Source: the human T2T-CHM13v2.0 reference genome, Homo sapiens. Taken from it: DNA of 64,000 nt. Where the stretch lies: assembly GCF_009914755.1 (NCBI RefSeq), contig NC_060934.1, one strand, 5' to 3'. This document shows positions 24,815-38,150 of the stretch, piece by piece (within the stretch, counting starts at the first letter, position 1; every line of letters begins with the position of its first letter). The notes beneath the pieces are model-generated. The model was not told where the DNA came from and did no database searches. It worked only from the letters and a program-made list of their open reading frames with translations. A program made the translations under genes and the position numbers.

Positions 24815-24930
24815 GTTTATTTATTTAACAAACATTTTCTGAGTGACTTCTATGTGCTGTGATAGGTGCAATGGATTCAAAAGTGAATAAAACAAAATAG
24901 TTTTGCTCTTGTTGAACTTAGAAACTAGTA
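24815..24930 (-). mobile_element. L2 3' end fragment
   Basis: Contains 'tttaacaaacattttctgagtgacttctatgtgc...gtgaataaaaca'. Confidence 0.7.
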
Positions 24931-25479
24931 ATTTGAAGAAGCTATTATTCTAGTATTTTAAGACTTCCTAAAGCCAAACGTAATTAAGAAAAAGTATAAA
25001 CCCAGATATGCTGGATGAAGCAGCTTTGTGTTCTGGCTGCCTCTGAAGCCAATGGGCAGTTCTAGTGGTGTAGGAGGTGACAGTTAAATGCTATAGTCTT
25101 TGATAGATTGGTGTCAAGATGGGAACAGGTGTTTGGCTGGAGAATTCCTGCACATCAGGCTGTATACATTTCTGCCAGCAGGGTAAAATATCCTTAATAA
25201 CTCTCCTTCACAGAATCCATGACAGAAATAATATAAACTGGAATTCCTATGAAGGGAATTATGTCTAGTTTATAATCTTACTGTCATGATTCAACTCATG
25301 ATTGATCATGAGCTTTCAGGAAGACAGAACTGACCACCATTTTGTAACTTTGACATTTCTTTACAGTTTCTCAGGACATTAAAATTTCCAATTCCTACAC
25401 ATCTCCTTCTTTGTCAGTCACTGATCAAATGAACACTTGTCAAAGTAAATTTTCAAAAAGTAAAACGTCCCTCAAATTA

Positions 25480-27597
25480 GTAATAGCCATTTATGACAGA
25501 CGCACACCCAACATCATACTGAATGGGCAAAAGCTGAAAGCACTCGCCTTGAAAACGGCACAAGGTAAGGATGCCCTCTCTTACACTCCTATTTAGCATA
25601 GTATTGGAATTCCTGCCCAGAGCAATCACACAAGTGAAAGAAACAAAAGGCATCCAAATAGAAAGTTCTCTTCTCAAGTCAAACTCTACCTTTACTGATG
25701 ACATTATTGCATATCTAGAAAACTCTAAAGACTTCACCAAGGTCTTACTAGAACTAATAAAAATTTTTAGTAAGGTTTCAGGATACAAATATATGTAGAA
25801 AAATCAGTAACATTTCTATACACTAATAATGTCCAGGCTGAGTCAAATCAAGAACACAGTCTCATTTACAATAGCCGCAAATAAAATGAAATACGTAGGA
25901 ATACAGCTAATGAAGAAGGTGAAAGATCTCTATAAGGAGAACTATAAAACATTGATGAAAGAAATCAAAGATGACATAAATGATTGGAAAGACATTCCAT
26001 GCTCATTGAATAGAAAAATAAGTATCATTAAAATGATCATACTGTCCAAAGCAGTTTACAGATTCAACACTATTTCTATTAAACTACCAACTTAATTCTT
26101 AGCAGAAGTAGAAAAAGACTATTCTAAGATCTATATGGAACCAAAAAAAAAGAGCATGAATAGTCAAAGCAATTCTAAGCAAATAGAACAAAGCTGGAGG
26201 CACCACACTACCCAACTTCAAACTATACCATAAGGCTATAGTAATCAAAACAGCATAGTATTGCTACAAAAACAGATACATAGACCAGTGGAACCGAATA
26301 GAAAACTCAGAAATAAAGCCTCACAATTAAAACCACCTAATTTTTGGCAAGGCTGACCAAAGCAAGCAATGGGGAATGGACTCCCTATTCAATAATTGCT
26401 GCTGAGGTAACTGGCTAGCCATATACAGAAGGATAAAACTGAACCCTTACTTTTCACCATATACAAAAATTAACTCAAGATGGATTAAAGATTTAAAGAC
26501 ATCGAATTATAAAAATCCTAGAAGAAAACCTAGGAAATACCCTTCTCAACATTAATCTTGGCAAAGAATTTTTGGCTAAGTCTCTAAAAGCAATTGCAAC
26601 AAAAACGAAAATTGATGAGTGGGACCTAATTAAAGTGTTTTCTCCGAGCAAAAGAAACTATCATAGAGTAAACAGACAACCTAAAGAATGGCAGAAGATA
26701 TTCACACGCTAGGCACCTGACAAAGTCCTAATATCCAGAATCTATAGGGAACCTAAACAAAACTAGAAGCAAAAACAAATAACACCATTAAAACATGGGC
26801 AAAGTACATGAATAGACACTTCTCAAAAGAAAATATACAGGTGACCATCAAACATGAAAAAATACTCATCATCACTAATCACCAGAGAAATGAAAATCAA
26901 AACCACAATGAGCTATCATCTCACACCAGTCAGAATGGCTATTATGAAAAAGTTAAGAAGAAACAGATCCTGGCAATGTTGCAGAGAAAAGGAAACATTT
27001 ATACACTGTTGGTGAGAATGTAGATTAGTTCAGCCACTGTGGTAAGCAGCTATTTCTCAAAGAACTTAAAAACAGAGCTGCATTAGACCCATCAATCCCA
27101 TTACTGAGTATATATTCAAAGGAAAATAAATCATTATACCAAAAACCACATGCACTTGTATAATCATCACTGCACTATTCACAATAACAAAAATATGAAA
27201 TCAAGTGAGGTGTCCATCAACAATGGATTGGATAAAGAAAATGTGTTACATATGCACCATGGACTACTACACAGCCATAAAAAATAATAAAATCATGTCC
27301 TTCACAGCCACATGGATGGAGCTGGAGGCCATAATCCTAAGCCAATTAACACAGAAACAGAAAATGTGTATTCACATTTATAAGTGGGAGCTAAACATTG
27401 AGCACACATGGACATAAACATGGGAAAAACAGATGCTGCGGACTAGTAGATGGAGGAACGGAGAAAGCATGGGTTGAAAAACTACCTATTGGGTACTCTT
27501 CTCACTACCTGTATGTAATATACCCATGTAATAAATCTGCACATGTATCTCCTGTATCTAAAGTAGAAGTTTAATTTTGAAAAAAATAAAATAAAAA
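25480..27597 (+). mobile_element. 5'-truncated L1PA16/17-like LINE (disrupted ORF2 RT to C-terminus, 3' UTR, A tail)
   Basis: ORF fragments include IYD..PNIILNGQKL, FTDDIIAYLEN and KVKDLYKENYKTL. 3' end 'ttgaaaaactacctattgggtact...tgcacatgtatc'. Confidence 0.95.
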
Positions 27598-28619
27598 CAT
27601 AATTGTAATGCACACAAAGAAAATACACATGTGAAATACTTATATGATCAATATTGACAGAATTGGTAAGGTTGTAAAGATGCTTCCAGGAACATTTGAG
27701 GAACTGTAAATTTATAGAAATTTAAAAAATGTGAGAATAAGATCACTAGATTAGATGGAGAACAGAATAAGCCTCTACTAGGGCAACAAAATCATAATCT
27801 TTGGAGTCAACTTTTCTTTTTTATTTTATCAGTTTTATTATTTGTAAAGTCTACACTTGGTGAATCAAAGTGAAAAAAGACAACTCCAATGTACAAGACA
27901 ATATTAAACTATGTTTACAGATGCTAAAGAAATTCAGAGAAAGGGAGAGATTTTATGGGTTAAAATGGAGTCAACATTTCTTCTGGAAAGAAATATACAA
28001 GTTAACATTTAACTTTGCACCTTCTAGGAAATAATCAATTAGAAGAAGGCAAAGCAAAAGCAGATATATTGTTCTAGAGAATTAAATACTCCTTAGTAGG
28101 ACTATTAAAATATGGCCAGAGTGACAATGAAAGAACATTCTGTACTCTTTTTGCCTTATTTTAAAAGTTTGGATAATCTTTCTTAACACTTCATGCCAAA
28201 TTAATATCTGTTTCCACTCTATTTAGGGATACACCTAAATGTTAACTGTCATCTTTGAAAAAAGGTGATATTAAAATTCATCAGACCATACCTTATATAT
28301 CATTTACACCTTGCTTAAGATATTAAAATACAATGCAGTCAAACGTTGGAAATCCTAGCATTTTAAAAATATATATATTTTGAATTATTGCTCTCTTCTG
28401 ATGCAGTTTGATAAACTGAAAGCAACTATGAGTTCATCAACATGGTATATAGCATCTATACTAAAAAGGCTATATCACATTGCAATTGATTACTAGGTTT
28501 CACCAATCTTTCCCAAGGTAATTTTAAGATGCCTAAAGGACATACTTATTTCATATTCAAGAAATAAATTACAAGATTTAAAACATCAAGATATGAAACT
28601 GATATGTGCCACTAATCCT

Positions 28620-28860
28620 CTAATTTTCTAACGCTGTTTATTCCTGTAACATATAAATATTTTGTGCACTTTCTTTTATAATGATTTTTACTATATATTT
28701 GCTGAAGAGCACACATTATGCTCCAAAATTTGTCAGTTCCCAGATCCTATTGAACAGTTCTAATCTGCTTAGTTTGCACTGCTGTACCTCAAAGAATTCT
28801 TTCAATATGTATTTGAAAGTGTTTCTATCTTTAAATGTGAAGGTTTTCAAATTTCCTCTA
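28620..28860 (-). other. Candidate terminal exon with AATAAA at 28642-28637
   Basis: Acceptor attcaatttttcAG|TAGAGG, 110 nt downstream of the 49-nt candidate exon. Confidence 0.25.
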
Positions 28861-28970
28861 CTGAAAAATTGAATATTAAAATATGCAAATATCAGTAGCA
28901 TTTGTATATCTACTTTCCTCGGCATTTTTCTTAACAACTGAGGATCTTCTTGAGCTCACAGAAGACATAC

Positions 28971-29019
28971 GCATACAAGCATTTGGAAAAAAGCACTTTT
29001 CATTCACTTCCTCTCTCAC
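28971..29019 (-). other. Candidate 49-nt exon starting with a 5'-splice-site motif (AG|GTGAGA)
   Basis: Minus strand: cattttctctccccAG|GTGAGAGAGG...TGTATGC|GTATGT. Confidence 0.4.
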
Positions 29020-29677
29020 CTGGGGAGAGAAAATGCTGAAGGAATATAAAATTGGCAATACCAGATATTTGTTTTTCCTGCTCTCTCTTATTTAATTTCC
29101 AGACTTGAATGTCTAACTTTGTAGCAGAAATTTAAGTACTTTCTGATGAAATTCAAGTTGCCCAACACAAAATTTATCATCTTCTCTCCATACTTTTTCA
29201 TTTACTGAAATAGCAGTTTATTTTAATATAGCTGCAACTTCTATCTGCATATATCTATTACAATTGAGTCCAAATTCTTTTTTTACAGACATGAGCCATT
29301 GTTGACAACATCCTCCCTCATTGTCATTAGGTGATGATGATCACACTAAAGTTATTTTATTTTTTATAAATTTAGATTTTTTTTCTGTCCTGTCCTTTCA
29401 TATGAGCTTCTCATCTAGCCCCAAATTCTCAGATGTTTTCTTTTTGATAGCACAGAATTTGCACCATTGTTTAGATTAGATTGAAGATCATTCCTGGTAA
29501 AAATATTATTAACCGAGACTAAAAATTATTAATGCTGATACCAGTGCAGCCAGACTACAATGTAAGACTAGAAAATAAAATAATAGCAATACATGCCAGA
29601 GAATCTTAGATAAAAATACGTATCCCTAATATGTTTTCACATTTAAGAGAAATGCAGTTTTTTAAATAATTTTATAG

Positions 29678-30126
<449 letters not shown>

Positions 30127-30765
30127 ACACCTGCTATTTATAACTATGTGTTTTCTTTGTTGCTGATGTCTCTCCTGACCCTGTAATAAAATACTATTTA
30201 TTAAAACAACCTTTCAGAGATTTTACACCTGTGACATCACAAACCTTCAACAGATGTGAAGATATCACATATTTGTTTTTTATTTATCGATTTGTTCTAT
30301 CTATAAAATATACAATTCTAGCTTTAAATATAATTTAAGAATTAAGCAAATCTGAGGCCTCAAGCCTTCACAATGATAAAATCACACTTGAATGAACTAT
30401 TAATACTTCAGTTCTAAATTAGAACTCATTACATAGAATGATGGCTTGAGAAATGATAGACATCCAGGATCAGATAATCGTTTGCTCTAAAGAGCTGCAC
30501 AGTTCAAGCCTTTTGATATCAGCCTGCAGGATCACAGATGACATTCTCCTTACCTTGTATCCTAGGATTCAACTTTACAGTCAGAAACTTCTAAGTTAAG
30601 TCACAATGCGTTTATCAGTTTTATTTGAATACTTAGTAATAGAACTATTTTTGTTATCAAATAAATATTCACTATACATTTACAGATTTATTGGAATCAC
30701 TCCTCCCCATCCAGACTAAATAGAGTTTTTCATAGACAAAAATGTTCATGTTACGAATAGGAAAG

Positions 30766-31489
30766 CTTTTCCTTCCTTCCTTCCTTCCTTTCTTCCTTCC
30801 TTCCTTCCTCCCTCCCTCCCTTCCTTCCTTCCTCCCTTCCTTCCTTCTTTCCTTCCTTCCTCCCTCCCTTCCTCCCTTCCTTCCTCCTTTCCTTCCTTCC
30901 TTCTTTCCTTCCTTCCTCCCTTCCTTCCTCCTTTCCTTCCTTCCTTCCTCCTTTCCTTCCTTCCTTCCTCCTTTCCTTCCTTCCTTCCTTCCTTCCTTTC
31001 CTTCCTTCCTTCCTCCTTTCCTTCCTTCCTCCCTTCCTTCCTTTCCTTCCTTCCTTCCTCCTTTCCTTCCTTCCTCCCTTCCTTCCTTCTTTCCTTCCTT
31101 CCTCCCTCCCTTCCTCCCTTCCTTCCTCCTTTCCTTCCTTCCTTCCTCCCTTCCTTCCTTTCCTTCCTTCCTTCCTCCTTTCCTTCCTTCCTCCTTTCCT
31201 TCCTTCCTTTCCTTCCTTCCTCCTCTCCTTCCTTCCTCCTTTCCTTCCTTCCTTCCTCCTTTCCTTCCTTCCTCCCTTCCTTCCTTTCCTTCCTTCCTTC
31301 CTCCTTTCCTTCCTTCCTTCCTCCTTTCCTTCCTTCCTCCCTTCCTTCCTTTCCTTCCTTCCTTCCTCCTTTCCTTCCCTCCTCCTTTCCTTCCTTCCTT
31401 CCTTGCGTCCTTCCTTCTTCCCTCCCTCCCTTCCTCTCTCTCTTCCTGGCTTCCTTCCTCCCTTCCTTGCTTCCTTCCTTCCTTCTTCT
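30766..31489. repeat. Complex (TTCC)n/(GGAA)n polypyrimidine-polypurine tract
   Basis: No purine on the plus strand from 30766 to 31404. Confidence 0.98.
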
Positions 31490-32204
31490 AATGTGTGTAC
31501 TATTATTTCCCCTTATATTTATTTAACATCTCTTTTCCCTCAAACACTAACTCATAATAAATATTAACCAAGTGTTTTTGAAGTAATACACCATTTGTAT
31601 TATTATTTCTACCACTCACAGTTACCTTAACTAGAAAGCTGAGCCACACCAGTTTATTCTTCATAATCAAAATGAAAATAATTATGGTATTTACATTAAT
31701 ATCATTTTACTATCATTATCATCATCATTATCATTATGATCATCATCTTTTCTCAGACATCTACTATGCAATTATGTTTATTGTAATTCCCTCATATTTT
31801 AGTTCAAAATATATTTTATATTGATAAAATATTTTAAAACCTTACAGAAACCATCTTTAGGCAGTACTTCAAAAGAAAGTAAAATGCTTTAATAGGATGT
31901 CTCCAAATAACTTGAAACTTCTAATTGTAATTCATAGAACTCCAATACTATGTGCAAATTAATGTTCAATAATGTTTTTTGACAGTAATCATTGAACACA
32001 CTTTTATTTTCAAAGCTCATTTCCAACTGTCACTTTTCAGAATGAATTTAACCTTTTCAAAGACTAAAGTTAAGCTATTTAGAGTTTTCACACTATATAT
32101 CGTGAGTTTTTATTATTGTATTAAAAATGTATTTTAATACAGTTAATTTTTCAAATGATAACATCAATAACTTGGGATGCATTCTAATATGTTGCATAAT
32201 AAGA

Positions 32205-32450
32205 GAAAAAACATTTAGTGTCAATTACGACCCAGGTACTCTTGTATATACTTTACAGATATTAACTTAGTTAATCCTCACAATTCTTTGAGTTAGTTAC
32301 TGTCATTGGTCTCATTACTTAAAACAGGAGACAGAGGCATGAAGTGGATAAAAAGCCTGCCAAAGATAATATACCTATGTAATTGTGGATCAATAATTCA
32401 AATCCAGGCTGTCAAACAATATCGTTTATTTTTTTAACCAAACTGCTAAA
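32205..32450 (-). mobile_element. MIR SINE
   Basis: Contains 'ttaatcctcacaa', 'gacagaggca' and 'ttcaaatccaggctgtc'. Confidence 0.8.
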
Positions 32451-34504
32451 CATGTATAAATTACAGTAAAAAGCTATCACCAATTGATACAACTCAGATT
32501 GTGCCTTAATCTATTTTTTCAAGTGCATAGTCCATTTGTGTGAGTAGACTACCTTCTGTGAGATTCGCTTTTTAAAAATAAATGCATCTTCATTTTTAAT
32601 TTCTAAGCTAAATTTTGATGACTATAAAAATATAATACAATGAGTTCATCAAAAGATTTAAGAAGAATGCTGCAAAGTGAACAGATTGGATTTTCCACCC
32701 CATAGATGAAATATCTCCATCTTATCAAGTCATTTAAATAATATGGGCATGAGGCATACTGAGAAATAGAATGAAGCAAGTGATAAGAGAGGAGATCCTA
32801 GGGTTGCATCAACAATAAAGAATGGCAGAGAGAAGAAGTTTGTGTTTTCCTATTGCATAAAATCTCAATGATCAGGCTTATGAAAAAACAAACCTTCACC
32901 AGACTGTAATTCTCTCAGGAGGCTGGGGACAGAATGAGAATAAAGGGATCTTAAGAAGTAAATTCTAGGCTTATGCAAAAAAATTAAAGATGCTACTATA
33001 AAAGTTTCTAAGGAAATGTTATGTAATATCAATTAAAGGACAGGCTTTCCTCGAATAACTAAATCCACAATTTTATTTCATAGATCAAAATCGAATATGT
33101 TCCCCAATATTATTGAAAATGATGATATGTTTTGAACTGAATTATTTGATTATTGCAACTCCCGAAGTGCAAATTCACTCTTAATAAGTAATGGAGAAGT
33201 CAAAGAAGTAAGCTACAAATATTCCCACCTTAGAATTTTGTCTTATATTTAAAATACTACATATAACGTCTGTAGAATTGCCACCATATATAAAGCTTGC
33301 ATTATTAAATTTGTCTTGTGACAACATATTGTCTCACTGCCGATATTAAACCAAAACCCATTAATAAAAGGGAATTTACCCTATATATTTATTTATTTGT
33401 ATGCCGACATAGGATTCGGCACAGGACCTTGCAGAGAATGGGTGCCTGATAAATGTTGCACAGTGTAACGTTTAGAAACAGGCAACTTTGCAAATAGAGG
33501 CTAAGAATACATATTCATTACTTTGTTTCTGAAAGTAATCTGAATGTGGAATATAATTTACACTAATAAAGTTTGAATCATTCTTCATGGAAACCCCTGC
33601 TGTTCTAATCAATAAAGCCAACATTATGAAAGAAAAAAAATAAAAGATCTAGGTATGTTGACTCTGGTGCCAACTATATCCCTAAGGATTTCTTCTGTCA
33701 TTTAATCTAATTATACCCAGTACTCTTATAATCATATTAAAACTTTTCTTAATGAAGAAAGGAGAGTAATCTACATCTTCTTACTGTTTTTCCAAAAATT
33801 AAGGAAGAAAAATAGATTTAGGAATACTAAGCATTCACTAAGATATCTGAATAGGTGTTATGTTGTTTTATGTAACAACCCTCTAATGATTGTATACATT
33901 TTCTTTATTTACTGTGCTTTAGATTTTTATTTAATTTATATTATTCTTTAGAAAAACTTATATTTGTCATGCTAAGAAAATTACCAACCATAACTTTACT
34001 TTTAATCAATATTGTTTATATTTTCAGAAACAACTGAACTATCCACAGGTTTTTTCAATAAAGCAAGGCTGAAATCCAATCCTCAAAAGAAGCAAATTGA
34101 CACTATTCATTTTTATTTGTACATTCATTTATTCAGTTAATTACATTTTCATTTTTGTCAGAAGATGTTCAGAAATCATTTGATGTGGTCAAAGTTAGCA
34201 CCAGAATCTAGGATTATATTATAGCCACCTCTCTCAGAAGCAGCGATTTGTGATTTGTCCAAACCATAAGAAAGAAAGTTTCTACTTTAGGATGTCAAGT
34301 ATCAAAAAATGAATTAATTTATCTCAATTATGCTACAATAAATGAGTCAGAAGAATACAATATATAAACCTGAGAGGGAACAAAATTTGCAAATGATCTC
34401 TAAAATTTCCTCCATGTCAATCTAACAGGATTGACATACCACTTCCTACCAAAACAGACAAATATGGAAGTACCTCTGGAACCTATAACCACAAAGAAAT
34501 CAGT

Positions 34505-34948
34505 ATTATATATATATGTCTATATATGTCTATATATGTACATATGTACAGTATGTCTATATATGTGCATATGTAGAGTATTTGTCTATATATGTGCATG
34601 TGTACAGTATATGCCTGTATGTGTACATGTATGTACAGTATGTCTATATTATGTATATATGGACATATGTACAATATGTCCATATATGGACATATATACC
34701 CTATGCCCCTTGAATATATGTTAGTGTGTATATATAAATATAAATGTGTCTATATATAGTGTGTACATGGATACATATGTATATGTACATATGTACAGTA
34801 TGTCTACAGTATATGTAATATATGTATTTAATACGTATTTTAATATGCTTAATTTTGTGGATCAAAAATTACATATGTACAGTATGTATATATGTACACA
34901 TGTACATATGTACAGGATATCAGTATATGTGTATATACACATATATAC
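34505..34948. repeat. Degenerate TA/TG/CA low-complexity tract
   Basis: Recurrent 'atatgtacagtatgt' variants. Confidence 0.85.
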
Positions 34949-35583
34949 ATATGTATGTGTCTATATAGGTACATACAGACATATGTATGTGTCTATATAG
35001 GTACATACAGACATATGTATGTGTCTATATAGGTACATACAGACATATGTATGTGTCTATATAGGTACATACAGACATATGTTTGTGTCTATATAGGTAC
35101 ATACAGACATATGTATGTGTCTATATAGGTACATACAGACATATGTATGTGTCTATATAGGTACATACAGACATATGTATGTGTCTATATAGGTACATAC
35201 AGACATATGTATGTGTCTATATAGGTACATACAGACATATGTATGTGTCTATATAGGTACATACAGACATATGTATGTGTCTATATAGGTACATACAGAC
35301 ATATGTATGTGTCTATATAGGTACATACAGACATATGTATGTGTCTATATAGGTACATACAGACATATGTATGTGTCTATATAGGTACATACAGACATAT
35401 GTATGTGTCTATATAGGTACATACAGACATATGTATGTGTCTATATAGGTACATACAGACATATGTATGTGTCTATATAGGTACATACAGACATATGTAT
35501 GTGTCTATATAGGTACATACAGACATATGTATGTGTCTATATAGGTACATACAGACATATGTATGTGTCTATATAGGTACATA
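34949..35583. repeat. 32-bp minisatellite (ATATGTATGTGTCTATATAGGTACATACAGAC), about 20 copies
   Basis: Period 32 (34981 to 35013). One A>T variant seen at 35083. Confidence 0.98.
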
Positions 35584-36537
35584 TATACACCATGTCCCTC
35601 AACTATATATATTTGTGTATACACATAATTATAATTACAAATGTGTGTGTCTATATATATAATATGTATATATATGCACAAATTCATGCTTAGTAAATGA
35701 CAGAGAAATCAAAGAAGCTACAAATGTTCCCACTTTTTCTACCTTAGAATTTTGTCTCATATTTAAATACTACATATAATGCCTGTATATATATATATGT
35801 ATATATAAAAATACTGTACCCCTCAACAATTATATATATATAATAGTTGTTCATAGAAATGCTGAATAGTAGTAATATTTAGCTAATCTACTTAATATGT
35901 CAGGAATTCTATCAGTACTTGATTGCTAACCCTAGTCAGAAAAAATTACCAAGGATATTTAACAGATAACAAAAGCGGCATTTAGAGAGATCAAATCACA
36001 TACCTTATAAGGAGAAGAGCTAGAATCTAAATCCACGTATATTTGCCACTTTTTTTTTTTCTTAAGCCATTGGGAACCAGGATGTTGACATTTTACAGAC
36101 CAGAAAAATCTGATTCCATATACTTCCCCAAATTACAACAAGCAACATAAGATTGTGATCTTCTTATTTTAAAAAGGGAATTATTAATGATAAATGTATG
36201 AGCTACCATCAAATATCATTGTATTTTCCCAAAGTCTTATGTTTACTTTCTCTTACTCTTGATGAAAATTTCTGTGTTCCTTCCTTCCTTTTTTTCTTCA
36301 AAAATTTCCTCAATATGAACTATTTGCATGTAAGGATTAGTAAATTCCTCCCTTAAAATATTCATTTGTTTGAGAATTTAGATAAAAAGAAAACTGACAC
36401 ATTACTTACTGGTATAAATAATTGAGTCACTGTAGTTGATGTAAACAACTTCTGATTAAACGCCATTTATTCACGGAACCAGGTAAGATGCAGATCAACT
36501 GAGTTTAAACATATTGCTCCAGTTTTCCTCAAATCTT

Positions 36538-36545
<8 letters not shown>

Positions 36546-36593
<48 letters not shown>
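36546..36593. repeat. (AT)24 microsatellite
   Basis: Direct reading. Confidence 0.95.
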
Positions 36594-36597
<4 letters not shown>

Positions 36598-37688
36598 CTG
36601 ACAGTATACATATATGCATATATGTAGCTGGTTACACTTATACATGTATATATAGATAGAAATTATGAAATTATGGCTTTTAGTGGACTGGCTACACATG
36701 GAAATCTACTACATTTAGTTTTCCTCAGGTAATTTTGACTTTTCTGACACACAACTGTTAAACCTTTTAACACTGAATGAGTACTGGATTTCTTCACGAA
36801 TCAAATTTATTTTAAATGTCCAAGAGTGAAAAGGCACACATTAATATATCTGAACTATTCATATTTTTCAAATGTCTGTTCTCCAAAATCTTCTCTAATA
36901 TAAAACCAAAATCAGGGCATAAAGATCATTACTTGTTTTATCTTCTGGGCATAACAAGTATTAAAATTTCTGTTTATTTTTTCCTTACTGTTAGGGAGAA
37001 GATTTTCTTATTTTGTATATGATGGTGTCGAGTATGAATTTTGTTCTTCCTTTTATAACAACTTCATACTGGATACCATCATACACAATAAAGGGGAAAA
37101 TCTGCGCAAGCCTGGTTGAAAGGGTATCACAGATGTTGAAGTTTTAATCTGGTGTATTTTTTGTCATCAATACACAGGCATGTGTGTGCACATATGCAGA
37201 CACACACAGAAACACATACACACATATACACCAGATTGCCTAGAACAGAGAGGGAAAAGAAAACTTTACACGTAAAGGTAAAGGAGGTCACTTTTATGCA
37301 AGGAATGAGCAAAGCTCTAACACAATAAGAAGTATAAGGCAGATCTCACAGCACATGCATCAACAAACCTTGGAACCAGAAAACTTAACAGGAAAAAAAT
37401 AAAAACTCCTCAAGAAACACTTTATAGGTAGTATACTTTTTTAAAGTGTATCTTCAAAGAAATGCCTTTTAGAACTCCCTAAATATGCTCTAGCTGGACT
37501 TGCTTACAACCACAAGAGGCAAAAGGGGTCCAAGGAATCAAATGAATCACTAAAGAAGACTACTGTGCTGTAAGTACCACAGAACCAAAATATTTAGTCT
37601 GTCTAAATCTGTGTCACTCAAGTCACTACAATTGGCTCAAAGATAAGAATTTCAACTAATATGGAAAAATAATGAAGATGCTCAGTTC

Positions 37689-38150
<462 letters not shown>

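Noticed and set aside
25411-27417. Reverse-transcriptase-like ORFs as an active element
   Set aside because: Frameshifted, stop-ridden pieces of a 5'-truncated old L1.
30742-31491. 249-aa P/S/F/L ORF
   Set aside because: A pyrimidine-only tract cannot contain stop codons, so this is an artefact.
34949-35583. CRISPR-like 32-bp repeats
   Set aside because: Head-to-tail repeats with no spacers, in primate DNA with no cas genes.
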